Part shown: positions 37,719 through 47,723 of the stretch, piece after piece
Position numbering within the stretch: the first letter of the stretch is position 1
Layout of the letters: the number at the start of each line of letters is the position of its first letter
DNA from: an uncultured Candidatus Rokubacteria bacterium
Lineage (GTDB): Bacteria; Methylomirabilota; Methylomirabilia; Rokubacteriales; CSP1-6
Length of the DNA: 64,000 nt
Reading direction: 5' to 3'
Assembly (NCBI GenBank): GCA_963771355.1
Contig: CAVYTA010000005.1
Location: 544,001 to 608,000 of the forward strand
Translations under genes and position numbers: made by a program
Notes under the pieces: model-generated
Database searches by the model: none
The model's input: the letters and a program-made list of their open reading frames with translations, nothing else
What the model was told of the DNA's origin: nothing

Positions 37719-38622
37719 CTCGGATCGGCTTCATCGGCGTGGGCACCATGGGGCTGCCCATGGCCGTCAATCTCGTGAAGAAGGGCTTCACCGTCACCGC
37801 GTTCGACATGAACCCGGCGGCGGTGCAGGCGGCGGCGGGCGCGGGCATGGCCGCGGCGGCCTCGGCGGCGGAGGCGGTGGCGGGCGCCGATCTCGTCATC
37901 ACCATGCTGCCCTCCTCGCCGCACGTGGAGTCGGCCTTCACCGGGGACGGCGGCGTGCTGATGGCGGCGAGGAAGGGCACGCTCCTCGTGGACATGTCCA
38001 CCATCGATCCCGCCGTCACCCGGCGCCTCGCCGCGGCGGCGGCGGAGCGCGGCCTGCGCTTCGTGGACGCGCCGGTGTCGGGAGGCGTGCCCCGCGCCAC
38101 CGACGGCACGCTCGCCATCATGGTGGGCGGCGCGCCGGCCGACTTCGAGGCGGCGCGCCCCGCGCTGGCCGCCATGGGCGCCAACGTCATCCACGTGGGG
38201 CCGGTGGGCAGCGGCGAGGTGGCGAAGCTCTGCAACAACCTCATCGCGGGCGTGGCGGCGGTGGCGGTGAGCGAGGCGTTCCGGATCGCGGAGGGCTTCG
38301 GCGTGGACCCCAAGGTCATGACCGAGGTGATCTCCAAGTCCTCCGGCAACACCTGGGTGATGGAGCACATGCATCCGGTGCCCGGCCTGGTGGCGCGCTC
38401 GGCCTCGACCAATGAGCTACCGGCCCGGATTCATGACCGACCTGATGTGCAAGGACGTCGGGTCTCGCGGTGGACGCGGCCCGCGGGCTGCGCATCCCGC
38501 TCTTCGTGGCGCCGGCCGCGCAGCAGGTGTACCGGCTCGCCTCCTCGCACGGCCTGGGACGCAAGGACTTCACCAGCGTCTACACCTTTCTCAAGCCGTC
38601 GGCGGAGAACGCGCCCGTCTAG
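37715..38622 (+). CDS. 3-hydroxyisobutyrate dehydrogenase-like; two apparent frameshifts (near 38415 and 38460)
   Basis: GFIGVGTMG, DAPVSGG and KLCNN motifs; the C-terminus YRPGF..LMCKDVGLA...KDFTSVY is recovered across two frame changes. Confidence 0.8.
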
Positions 38623-38679
38623 CCGCCGGGGGGCTCCCGCTCGCGATCCGGGTGGTAGGATAGGTGGTGGAGCCCCCTG

Positions 38680-41600
38680 GTGATTCGCCGCCGTCCGATT
38701 CTCATCGCCGCCGCCATCCTCGTCGTCGCGATGGTGAGCGTCGGACTCTGGCACCTCCCCGAGCTCGTGCGCCGGGTGGCGGTGGATCAGATCGTCAAGA
38801 TCACCGGTCGTCAGGTCACCATCGAGGACGTGGATCTCAACCTCTTCACCGGTTCCATCGCGGTGAAGGGCTTCCGCCTGGCGGAGCGGGAGGGGCCCGA
38901 GCCCTTCATGCAGTTCGCGCGGCTGGACGCACGGCTATTCCTGCCCGCTCTGGTGCTGCTCGACATTCGCCTCAGCCAGGTGGGCCTCACCGGCTTCACC
39001 GCGCGCGTCATCCGCACCGGCGAGACCGAGTTCAACTTCTCCGACATCCTCGCTCATCTGCCCCGGACCGAGCCCGCCGACGCGAGGCCGAGCCGCTTCA
39101 CCGTCACGCTCGACCGGATCGCGCTCGCGCGCTCCCGGGTGCAGATCGTGGACCGCTCCGTGACGCCGGCGGCGGACTGGTCGCTGCAGAGCCTCGACGC
39201 CGAGGCGCACTCGGTCACCACGCGCGAGAAGACCCCCGGCCGGGCCATGCTGCGCCTGCGCTCCGGCGAGGCGAGCGTCGAGCTCGACAAGGCCGTATTC
39301 CAGCTCTCGCCGCTGGCGGCGTCACTCACCGTGAAGGTGGCCGGCTTCGATCTCACGCGGGTGATCCCGTATATCCAGAATCCCGAGGTCGCCCTCGAGA
39401 GCGGCGTGCTCAGCGCCACCATCGACGGCTCCTTCCGGAGGGTGGGCGGCAAGGTGGAGGAGCTCCGGGCCGGCGGTGAGATCGGGCTGGAGCGCTTCGC
39501 GTTGAGCCACAGCCAGACGCCCGGGCGATCCATCGCGATCGCGCGGCTCGGAGTGGGAATCGCGAAGGTCGACGCGCTCGCCCGCACGGCGGTGATTTCC
39601 AGCGTGGCGATCGAGGGCGCGGATATCGGCGCGGTGCGACACGCGTCGGGCCGGATCGACATTCTCGAGGCCCTCGCCCGCTTGATCGAGCAGCGTGCCG
39701 CCGAGGAACGGGAGCGGCTGGCGCGGGGTCGGGCGGGGGCGCCCGTTGACGCGCCGGCGACACCCGGAGCCGCGACGACGCCCGAATGGCGCGTGCGCGT
39801 GGAGCGAATCACCGTGGCCGGCAGTCGCCTGCAGCTGCTGGACGAGGTGGTGTCGCCGGCCGCCCAGTGGCGGCTCGAGGATCTCGCCGGCACTCTCACC
39901 GGACTCTCCAACTCGGGTGACGAGGCGCCGGCGGTCGGCGGCGTCAAGGGGCAGCTGAGTGGGCCGGGCGAGGGACGGCTCTCGGCCCTCGCGGTGGAGC
40001 TGACGCGGTTGCGGGTGGCGCCGCCGCTGGCCGCACTCGCGCGCGTCACGCTCACGGATCTCGACGTTGCCGCGTTCAATGCTTACATGCCGTCGAATGT
40101 GCCCGACCTCCGCGCCGCCGGCCTCTTCTCCACCGAGCTGGAGCTGGAGGTGGCCCGGCAGGAGGGGACCACCGACCTCGCGGTGGCCACCGCCGCGGGC
40201 TCGGTCCGCATCTCCGATCTCGTCCTGGCCCGCCGCGGAGTGGCCGAGCCCATCGTCAACCTGGACAAGCTGACGCTCGCCATCACCAAGGCGGACCTGG
40301 TGACACGCAAGGTAGTGCTCGGCACGCTCGCGATCGACGAGATCGAGGCCCGGGTCACGCGGGACCCGGACGGAAAGCTGGATGTGGTGAGCCTGCTCGA
40401 GGAGGCGAAAGCACGGCGCGCGGTAGCGCCGGTTTCCCCCGTTGCCATCGCGGCACCCGCTGCCGCGCCGCCACCTCCCTGGAGCGTATCGCTCGATCGA
40501 TTCACGCTCAAGCACGGCGGCGGCACCTGGAACGACCTCGCGGTGACACCCGCGACCGTGCTCACGGTGAGTGACATCTCCGTCACCGCTCGCCGGCTGC
40601 TCTGGCCGACGGTGGGCAACCCCGGCACCCGTCCGGGAACTCTTCGGATCACGGCGGGGCTGCCCGGAGGCGGACTGTTCCTGGTGGAGGTGCGAGCGTC
40701 GTTCGAGCCGCTCGATCTGACCTTCAAGATCTCTATGCTGGACGCGCCGATCGAGCCCTACCAGACGTACATGCCGTTCCCGGCGCAGTTCAAGGGCCTG
40801 TTCAGCGGGGACAGCAACAATCACGTGAAGATCGAGAACGGCAAGCTGATGGCCGCCTCCCAGGGCAATGGCTATGCCAAGCACATCGAGGTGCGCGAGC
40901 CCGGCGCCGAGAACCCCGCCTTCACCCTCGAGCGGATGGAGATTCGCGGGGTGGACTTCTCCTGGCCGAACTACGCCTTCGTGAACCTGGTGAGCCTCCT
41001 GCGTCCCGAGATCCGCGTCGAGCGCGCGGGGGACGGCACCCTCAATCTCCGACGGATGTTCGAGCCCAAGCGCGTGGTCGGGGAAAAGACGGAGCGGGAG
41101 AGGAAGGAAGAGCAAGAGAAGAAGGAAGAGGAAGAGAGGAAGGCGGTGCGGGGCGCGGCGGAAGAAAAGAAGCCCGGGCTCATGGAGTCCATAGTGCTGG
41201 ACTTCGACCGGATCGTGATCGAGGAAGGATACACCCGCTTCCTCGACCAGACCACCAAGCCCCCCTTCTCGCAGGACATCGGACATCTCGCGCTCACCGT
41301 CCGCAACCTCTCCAATACCCGCGACGGGCGCCGGTCCACCTTGGCCCTGCAAGGCATCGTGGGGGGCGACGCCGCGCTGGAAATGCGGGGAGAGCTCTCC
41401 CGCCTGGGGGAAGACCTCTTCGCCGACCTGGTGGGCGAGCTTCGCGACTTCAGCGTGGCCAGCGCCAATCCCTACGCGGAGAGCATGCTGGCGTGGGGCG
41501 TGAAGGAGGGCAAGCTGGGCCTGCGCATGCACTACCGCGTCGAGCACGGCCGCGTCACCGGCGACAACGAGATCGTGGTGAAGAATCTCCAGGTGGCCAA

Positions 41601-42360
41601 GGGGCCGGAGTCCGACGAGGTGCAGAAGCGCGTGGGCCTGCCGCTGGGCCTCATCGTCGCCGTGCTCAAGGATTCGCAGGGCGACATCTCGTTGCAGGTT
41701 CCGGTCTCGGGCACGCTCTCGGACCGGAAGCTGGACTGGGGTGAGACCATCTGGACGGCGGTGAAGCAAGTGCTCGTCAAGGCCGTCGCCTCGCCCTTCA
41801 ACGCCATCGGGCGGCTCTTCACCGGCGGCGGCGACGGCGACGGCGATGGAAAAGATGACGGAAAGGTGGAGGAGGTCAAGGTGGATCCGGTGATCTTCCC
41901 CGCGGGGTCGAGCGTCATCGGGCCCGCCATGGAGGGGCATCTCGACCGGGTAGGCGAGTTCCTGCGCAAGGCGCCATTCGTGAACCTCACGCTGGTGCCG
42001 GTGGCCACCGCAAAGGACCTCGAGAGCCTCAAGGCGCAGGAGCTCACCGCGAAGATCCAGCGCATCCAGCGGGAGCGCGGAGTCGCCAACTATGCGCGCG
42101 CGGTGGGCATCTACTACCGCGATCAAAGCATCGAGGGCCCCGTTCCCGCCACCGCCGAGGAGCAGCTGGTGGTCCTCCAGGCGCGGGAGAAGGTGTCCGA
42201 GATGCGCGTGAAGGAGATGCTCGATCGGCGCGCCGGCGCCACGCGGGAGCTGCTCATGAAGGCGGAGGGCATTCCCGCCGAGCGGCTCCGTCCCGGCGAG
42301 GCTCGTACGGTGCCCGCCGAGCCCACCGACGGGCGCGTGGAGTTCGCGATCACCGAGTAG
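38680..42360 (+). CDS. Large DUF748/AsmA-like repeat protein
   Basis: N-terminal anchor, repeated beta-rich units (FNFSDI, GRIDIL, GKLDVV, GTLNL), C-terminal LPLGLIVAVLKD..GDI and OmpA-like tail. Confidence 0.8.
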   Translation: MIRRRPILIAAAILVVAMVSVGLWHLPELVRRVAVDQIVKITGRQVTIEDVDLNLFTGSIAVKGFRLAEREGPEPFMQFARLDARLFLPALVLLDIRLSQVGLTGFTARVIRTGETEFNFSDILAHLPRTEPADARPSRFTVTLDRIALARSRVQIVDRSVTPAADWSLQSLDAEAHSVTTREKTPGRAMLRLRSGEASVELDKAVFQLSPLAASLTVKVAGFDLTRVIPYIQNPEVALESGVLSATIDGSFRRVGGKVEELRAGGEIGLERFALSHSQTPGRSIAIARLGVGIAKVDALARTAVISSVAIEGADIGAVRHASGRIDILEALARLIEQRAAEERERLARGRAGAPVDAPATPGAATTPEWRVRVERITVAGSRLQLLDEVVSPAAQWRLEDLAGTLTGLSNSGDEAPAVGGVKGQLSGPGEGRLSALAVELTRLRVAPPLAALARVTLTDLDVAAFNAYMPSNVPDLRAAGLFSTELELEVARQEGTTDLAVATAAGSVRISDLVLARRGVAEPIVNLDKLTLAITKADLVTRKVVLGTLAIDEIEARVTRDPDGKLDVVSLLEEAKARRAVAPVSPVAIAAPAAAPPPPWSVSLDRFTLKHGGGTWNDLAVTPATVLTVSDISVTARRLLWPTVGNPGTRPGTLRITAGLPGGGLFLVEVRASFEPLDLTFKISMLDAPIEPYQTYMPFPAQFKGLFSGDSNNHVKIENGKLMAASQGNGYAKHIEVREPGAENPAFTLERMEIRGVDFSWPNYAFVNLVSLLRPEIRVERAGDGTLNLRRMFEPKRVVGEKTERERKEEQEKKEEEERKAVRGAAEEKKPGLMESIVLDFDRIVIEEGYTRFLDQTTKPPFSQDIGHLALTVRNLSNTRDGRRSTLALQGIVGGDAALEMRGELSRLGEDLFADLVGELRDFSVASANPYAESMLAWGVKEGKLGLRMHYRVEHGRVTGDNEIVVKNLQVAKGPESDEVQKRVGLPLGLIVAVLKDSQGDISLQVPVSGTLSDRKLDWGETIWTAVKQVLVKAVASPFNAIGRLFTGGGDGDGDGKDDGKVEEVKVDPVIFPAGSSVIGPAMEGHLDRVGEFLRKAPFVNLTLVPVATAKDLESLKAQELTAKIQRIQRERGVANYARAVGIYYRDQSIEGPVPATAEEQLVVLQAREKVSEMRVKEMLDRRAGATRELLMKAEGIPAERLRPGEARTVPAEPTDGRVEFAITE

Positions 42361-42386
42361 CGCGCCCGCGCCCCGAGGTGTCGCTG

Positions 42387-42395
42387 TGCTATGAT
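42387..42395 (+). promoter_or_regulatory. Extended -10 element (TGcTATGAT) upstream of the GYD/AOR operon
   Basis: TGn+TATGAT about 35 nt before the start, with SD GAGGAGG in between. Confidence 0.5.
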
Positions 42396-42430
42396 TCGCC
42401 CGGTTCCTGGCCGCCGAGGAGGGACGTGTT

Positions 42431-42754
42431 GTGCCCCACTACGTCATGCTGAGCACGCTGAGCGAGTCCGGCCGCCGGGTCCTGCGCGAGCGGCCGGGCT
42501 GGATCCGCAAGGTGAATCGCGAGCTCGAGTCGAAGGGCGCCCGGGTGCGCGCGCAGTTCGCCCTCCTCGGCCCCTACGACTTCGTGACCATCCTCGAGGC
42601 GCCCGACAACGAGACGGTCTCCGCCCTGTCCATCGAGATGGGGGCGCGCGGCTCGGTGCAGATGATGACCATGCCGGCCATTCCGCTGGACACCTTCATC
42701 AACAGGCTGGGGGGACGGAAGACGTCCAGATCCGGCCGGAGGGCCCGCCGCTGA
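42431..42754 (+). CDS. GYD domain protein
   Basis: LLGPYDFVTILEAPD motif; 107 aa. Confidence 0.85.
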   Translation: MPHYVMLSTLSESGRRVLRERPGWIRKVNRELESKGARVRAQFALLGPYDFVTILEAPDNETVSALSIEMGARGSVQMMTMPAIPLDTFINRLGGRKTSRSGRRARR

Positions 42755-43224
42755 ACGTTCTCGCGCTCCACCCCGACAAGTGCACCGGCTGTCTCCGCTG
42801 CGAGCTGGCGTGCTCCTACATGCAGACCGGCACCTTCCAGCCCGCCAAGTCCGTGATCCGCGTCTCTCCCTTCGAGGGATACACCTCCTACGCGCCGTAC
42901 ACGTGCACCCAGTGCGCGGAGGGCTGGTGCATGACCGCCTGTCCGGTGGGCGCGATCCAGATCAATGCCGCCGGAGCCAAGGATGTGCTCGACGACAAGT
43001 GCGTCGGGTGCAAGCTCTGCACCATTGCGTGCCCCTACGGGACCATGTTCTTCGATTCCGATACCTACAAGGCGTACAAGTGCAACCTCTGCGGGGGCGC
43101 CCCCGCCTGCGCAGAGGCCTGCCCCACGCAGGCCATCACGTTCGAGGAGGGACCCACCCGCGACTGGCTCGGCGACTTCGCGGCCCAGCGTACGGCGCAC
43201 GTCCTGGCGCGGGAGATCGCGTGA
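42751..43224 (+). CDS. 4Fe-4S dicluster electron-transfer subunit (AorA-like), probable CTG start
   Basis: CTGCLRCELAC, CTQC..CMTACP, CVGCKLCTIACP and KCNLC..CAEACP motifs. Confidence 0.92.
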   Translation: MNVLALHPDKCTGCLRCELACSYMQTGTFQPAKSVIRVSPFEGYTSYAPYTCTQCAEGWCMTACPVGAIQINAAGAKDVLDDKCVGCKLCTIACPYGTMFFDSDTYKAYKCNLCGGAPACAEACPTQAITFEEGPTRDWLGDFAAQRTAHVLAREIA

Positions 43225-44564
43225 TGGCCCGCCACCTCATCGTCGGCGGCGGCACCGCGGGCCTCAACGCGATCCGGACTATTCGGGAAGAAGATGGCGG
43301 TGCCTCCGAGATCACGCTGGTCTCGATGGAGCGCCCCTATTCGCGGATGGTCCTGCCCTACTACCTGGGTGAGACCATCTCCGAGTCGCACGTCTTCACC
43401 GCCACCCCGGCCTCGCTCGCGGCCTGGAAGGTCAAGACCCTGATCGGGCGGAAGGCGTCGGCGCTGAACGCCAAGGCCAATACGGTCACGCTCGACGACG
43501 GGAGCGCGGTGGAGTACGACGACTGCCTGATCGCCACCGGCTCGCGGGCGGCGCGGCCCCCCATCCCGGGCGCGGACGGGCCGGGCGTGCACTCCTTCTG
43601 GACGCTGGACGAGGCGCGGAAGGTGATCGAGCAAGTCACGCGCGGTAGCCACGTCGTCATGGTGGGCGCGGGCTTCATCTCCTTCACCATCCTCAACGCC
43701 ATCCTCGCGCGCGGCGCCAAGCTGACCATCGTGGAAGTGGCCCCGCGCATCCTGCCGCGGATGGTGGACGTGGTCTGCGCGGGGATCGTGGACCAGTGGC
43801 TGCGCCGGCACGGGGTCGAGATCCGCGCGGGGGCGACCGTCACTCGGGTGGAAGAGGTGAAGGGCAAACGGAAGCTCTCCTTCAAGACGGGCGCGCCCAT
43901 CGTGGCGGACGCGGTGATCATGGCCACCGGCATCCGGACCAATCTCGAGTGGGTGAAGGACTCGGGCCTCGAGCTGGCGGAGGACGGGCAGGGAGGCATC
44001 GTGGTCGATGATCACCTCCGCGCGAGCGTCAAGAACGTCTACGCCGCGGGGGACGTGGCCCGGGGGAAGAACCTCGTCACCGGCGCCGCCGAGGTGCACG
44101 CCATCGAGCCCACCGCGCAGGAGCACGGCCGCGTGGTGGGGGCCAACATGGCCGGCCGCGACGTGGCCTATCGCGGCAGCCTGCTCATGAACATCGTGGA
44201 GGTCTGCCACCTGGACGTCGCCTCCTTCGGCCAGTGGGACGACAAGGGAGCGGAGGTCTTCACCGGCATCCGCCCCGAGCGCTCGCAGTACCGCAAGCTC
44301 CTCTTCCGCGGCGGCCGGCTCACCGGCGCCATGATCTGCGGGCGCGCGGACGACATCTGGACCACCAACGACGTGGGCATCCTCAAGGGTCTGGTCCAGA
44401 CCGGCGTGGACCTGTCCGCGTGGAAGGCGCATCTCGCGCGGGATCCCTTCGACGTCAAGCCGGCCTTCATGGCCACGCGGACGACTGCGGCGCTGCTGCC
44501 GCAGACGATCCTCGGTCGGCCTTCCCATTCACCCTCGCTTCCCCAATCGGTGGCCACACGATGA
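43224..44564 (+). CDS. FAD/NAD(P)-dependent oxidoreductase (AorC/NirB-like)
   Basis: GGGTAG, IATGS, GAGFIS and YAAGDVA motifs. Confidence 0.9.
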   Translation: MARHLIVGGGTAGLNAIRTIREEDGGASEITLVSMERPYSRMVLPYYLGETISESHVFTATPASLAAWKVKTLIGRKASALNAKANTVTLDDGSAVEYDDCLIATGSRAARPPIPGADGPGVHSFWTLDEARKVIEQVTRGSHVVMVGAGFISFTILNAILARGAKLTIVEVAPRILPRMVDVVCAGIVDQWLRRHGVEIRAGATVTRVEEVKGKRKLSFKTGAPIVADAVIMATGIRTNLEWVKDSGLELAEDGQGGIVVDDHLRASVKNVYAAGDVARGKNLVTGAAEVHAIEPTAQEHGRVVGANMAGRDVAYRGSLLMNIVEVCHLDVASFGQWDDKGAEVFTGIRPERSQYRKLLFRGGRLTGAMICGRADDIWTTNDVGILKGLVQTGVDLSAWKAHLARDPFDVKPAFMATRTTAALLPQTILGRPSHSPSLPQSVATR

Positions 44565-46477
44565 GCCCGATCGCAACGACGGCAACGCGCACCGCGAAGA
44601 CGACCACGCCCGCGCCGGCCCCCACCGGCGGCTACGCCGGGAAGCTGCTCCGGGTGAACCTCTCCACCGGGAAGATCTGGACCCAGCCCTGGACGCCGGA
44701 GGAGATGCGCGACCGCCTGGGCGGCATCGGTCTGGGCGCGCGCATCCTCTGGGACGAGGTGCCGGCCGGGGTCCACTGGGACCATCCCGAGAACCGCCTC
44801 GTCCTCGCCACCGGACCCCTGGCGGGGCTGCCGGTGTGGGGCACCGGCGGGCTCACCGTGGTCACGCGGGGTGCCATGACGGACGGCGCCACCTCCACCA
44901 ATGCCAACGGGTTTTTCGGCGCGTCGCTGAAGTTCTCCGGCTACGACGCCATCGTCATCCAGGGGCAGGCCAAGAAGCTGTCCTACCTCTACATCAACGA
45001 CGGGGTGGTGGAGATTCGCGACGCGGCGCACCTCAAGGGCAAGGACACCTGGGAGACGCAGGAGGCGCTGGAGAAGGAGCACGGCCTCAGCGGTCATCGC
45101 ATGAGCGTGTACGGGCCCGGCGTGGCGGGGGAGAATCTCGTCCGCTTCGCCGCCATCCACGGCGACTACGGCCACGTGGCGTCCAAGAACGGCTGCGGCG
45201 CCGTCATGGGGAAGAAGCGGCTGAAGGCGGTGTGCATCGTGCGCGGTACCGGCGGCCTCCGCGCGCATGATCCGCGCGGGCTGGTCCAGGCGGCGGATGA
45301 CATCGCCCACGATCTCAAGACCGATCCCGCCACGCAGACCCTCTACAACTGGGGCACTCTGCCCGGGGTCTCCAACCTCTACAAGCTCGGCGTGCTCCCC
45401 ATCAAGAACTACACCACCAACCTCACCACGGTGGACATGACGGAGTGGGAGCCGGCCAAGCTGCGCGCGGGATTCGACCACCGCGGGCATCAGTGCAATG
45501 CCTGCGGCATGCACCACTGCCATATCCAGGTCATCGGCAAGGGAAAGCACGCCGGCGAGCGGGTGGACGAGCCGGAGTACGAGGGCTGGTCGGGGGCGGG
45601 GTGGCAGATCGGCCTCACCGACAAGGAGGCCATCACCTGGCTCAACACGCGGCTGGACCGCGCCTGCGTGGACGTCAACGAGTTCGGCTGGGTATGCGGC
45701 TGGGTGATGGAGTGCATGGAGAAGGGCTACCTCACCGAGAAGCAGGTCGGCTTCCGCCTCAAGTGGGGCGACGCGGACGGGGCCTATCGGCTGCTCCAGA
45801 TGATCGTCAATCGCGAGGGCTTCGGCGACGTCCTCGCCGAGGGCGTCAAGCGCGCGTCGGAGAAGGTGGGCGGCGAGGCGGCCAAGTGCGCCATCTACAC
45901 CAAGAAGGGTGCCGCCCCGCGCGGGCACGACCATCGCGGCCGCTGGGACGAGATGCTCGACACCTGCACCTCGTCCAACGGGACCATGGAGAGCGCCAAC
46001 CCCACCTTTCCCACGGAGATCGGTCTGCCCGGGCGCATCACCCCCTTCGACGGCGAGCAGGTGGCGCGGCTGACCGGCGGCATCCTCGGCCGGCGCCACT
46101 TCGAGGACTCGCTGGGCGGCTGCTCCTTCACCTTCCGGACGCGGATCGAGCTCCTGGCCCGCGCGCTCTCCGCCGCGACGGGCTGGAACTACACGCTGCC
46201 GGAGGCGATGCGCTTCGGGCGGCGCACCGCGGCCATCCTGCGCGCCTTCAACCTGCGTTGCGGCATCGGGACCTCGGTGGAGTATCCCTCGGAGCGCTAC
46301 GGCTCCCAGCCGGTGGACGGCCCCGCCAAGGAGCACAACGTGATGGCCCAGTGGGAGCGGATGCTCGACGTCTGGTACGAGACGGTGGGCTATGACCGCA
46401 AGACCGGCAAGCCGAAGAAGGAAACCCTCCAGAAGCTCGGCCTCGACTGGCTCGCCAAGGAGCTGTGGAAGAAATGA
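44561..46477 (+). CDS. Aldehyde:ferredoxin oxidoreductase family (tungstopterin) catalytic subunit
   Basis: GYAGKLLRVNLS, ATGPLAG, GENLVRFA, GAVMGKK.LKA, CNACGMHHC, EPEYE and LAEGVKRA motifs. Confidence 0.93.
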   Translation: MSPIATTATRTAKTTTPAPAPTGGYAGKLLRVNLSTGKIWTQPWTPEEMRDRLGGIGLGARILWDEVPAGVHWDHPENRLVLATGPLAGLPVWGTGGLTVVTRGAMTDGATSTNANGFFGASLKFSGYDAIVIQGQAKKLSYLYINDGVVEIRDAAHLKGKDTWETQEALEKEHGLSGHRMSVYGPGVAGENLVRFAAIHGDYGHVASKNGCGAVMGKKRLKAVCIVRGTGGLRAHDPRGLVQAADDIAHDLKTDPATQTLYNWGTLPGVSNLYKLGVLPIKNYTTNLTTVDMTEWEPAKLRAGFDHRGHQCNACGMHHCHIQVIGKGKHAGERVDEPEYEGWSGAGWQIGLTDKEAITWLNTRLDRACVDVNEFGWVCGWVMECMEKGYLTEKQVGFRLKWGDADGAYRLLQMIVNREGFGDVLAEGVKRASEKVGGEAAKCAIYTKKGAAPRGHDHRGRWDEMLDTCTSSNGTMESANPTFPTEIGLPGRITPFDGEQVARLTGGILGRRHFEDSLGGCSFTFRTRIELLARALSAATGWNYTLPEAMRFGRRTAAILRAFNLRCGIGTSVEYPSERYGSQPVDGPAKEHNVMAQWERMLDVWYETVGYDRKTGKPKKETLQKLGLDWLAKELWKK

Positions 46478-46517
46478 TTGGCGAGCCGCCGCCGCAGGCG
46501 AGGCGAGCGGATACATA

Positions 46518-47675
46518 ATGGGGTCCCGAGCGGAGCGAGGGCAGTCCAAGGCGGATAAGACTCTCGACGTCACGATCGAGGTCACCACCTGGGTCACCAA
46601 GCAGGTGGGCGGCGACGGCTCCGGCACGCGATTGTTCGAGGAGCCCGTCGTCGAAGGCGACACGGTGCGCACTGTGCTCCGCCGCTTCTCGCGCCGCTTT
46701 CCGGAGCTGGACGCGGCACTCTGGAATCCGGACCGGACCGACCTCGGCGAGCCCATCGAGGTGGTGGTCAACGACGCCGTGCTCGGCGTGCACCACACCC
46801 TCGACACGCCGCTGGAAGGCGGCGAGCGCATCACCTTGCTCGGCCAGTTCATGGGCGGCGGCGACCCGCCGTTGCCCGAGTACCGTCTCCGGGCGCGGAA
46901 CACCTCCAAGGAGAGCGAGAACGCGATCCACGACGATGAGGTGGCCAAGAAGTACGGCTTCGGGGGCGGGCTCGTTCCTGGAGTCACCGTCTACGCCTAC
47001 ATGACCCATCCGCTGGTGGCCGCCTGGGGGCCGGAGTGGCTGGAGCGCGGGACGGCGACCGTCCGCTTCGTCAAGCCCGTGCTGGATGAGGACGAGACGC
47101 TGGTGGCGGGCATCGCGAGCCGGCCTGCGGGCGGCCCGCTCAGCGCGACGGTCACGGTGTCGACGGGATCGGGCGGGCTGTGCTCGACAGGGACCGCGAC
47201 CCTCCCTGCTTCGCTTCCGCCCGCCCCGGACGCGTCCCGCTATGAGACGGCGCCGTTGCCCTCGACTCGGCCCCCCGCGCTGGGGGCGTATCTGGCCGCC
47301 CAGAAGACGCTCGGCACCCCTGTGAACCGGTATGACGAGGCGGCGGCGGCCGCGTGGCTGGCCAAGGTCGCCGACGGCCTCCCGCTCTACCGCGGGCGCG
47401 AGGGCTTCATCCACCCGGCCTTTTACCTCGATCAGGCGAACAAGGCGCTGTCGCTCAACGTGAAGCTGGGCCCCTGGATCCATGCGGGCAGCGTGATCCA
47501 GCATCTGGGCGCCGCCCGGCTCGGGCAAACCCTCAGCACGCGCGGGGGCGTCCGGTCGGTCTTCGAGAAGAAGGGGAAGGAGTTCGTCGAGCTGGACCTC
47601 TTGATCCTCGCCGACGAGCGGCCCGTCGCGCACGTGCTCCACACCGCCATCTTCCGGCTGCCTCCCGCGGCCTGA
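46518..47675 (+). CDS. MoaD/ThiS ubiquitin-like domain fused to a MaoC-like double hotdog domain
   Basis: VVVND...TPLEGGERITLLGQFMGG(G), then ENAIHDDEVAKKYGFGGGLVPG and WIHAGS. Confidence 0.75.
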   Translation: MGSRAERGQSKADKTLDVTIEVTTWVTKQVGGDGSGTRLFEEPVVEGDTVRTVLRRFSRRFPELDAALWNPDRTDLGEPIEVVVNDAVLGVHHTLDTPLEGGERITLLGQFMGGGDPPLPEYRLRARNTSKESENAIHDDEVAKKYGFGGGLVPGVTVYAYMTHPLVAAWGPEWLERGTATVRFVKPVLDEDETLVAGIASRPAGGPLSATVTVSTGSGGLCSTGTATLPASLPPAPDASRYETAPLPSTRPPALGAYLAAQKTLGTPVNRYDEAAAAAWLAKVADGLPLYRGREGFIHPAFYLDQANKALSLNVKLGPWIHAGSVIQHLGAARLGQTLSTRGGVRSVFEKKGKEFVELDLLILADERPVAHVLHTAIFRLPPAA

Positions 47676-47691
47676 CTTCCGCGTAGCCGTG

Positions 47692-47723
47692 GCTGCCCTC
47701 CCGGCAGGGCAGTCGTGAAGGCC
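47692..47723 (+). terminator. GC hairpin after the AOR operon
   Basis: gctgccct-cccggc-agggcagt; no clear U-tract. Confidence 0.4.

Noticed and set aside
41080..41175. Purine-rich low-complexity stretch inside the DUF748 gene
   Set aside because: It simply encodes an in-frame Glu/Lys-rich linker; there are no insertion boundaries
39322..46987. Very long antisense ORFs (e.g. 39322..42126, 44168..46987) and similar ones across the window
   Set aside because: Shadow frames of high-GC3 genes; no recognisable motifs or SD sites
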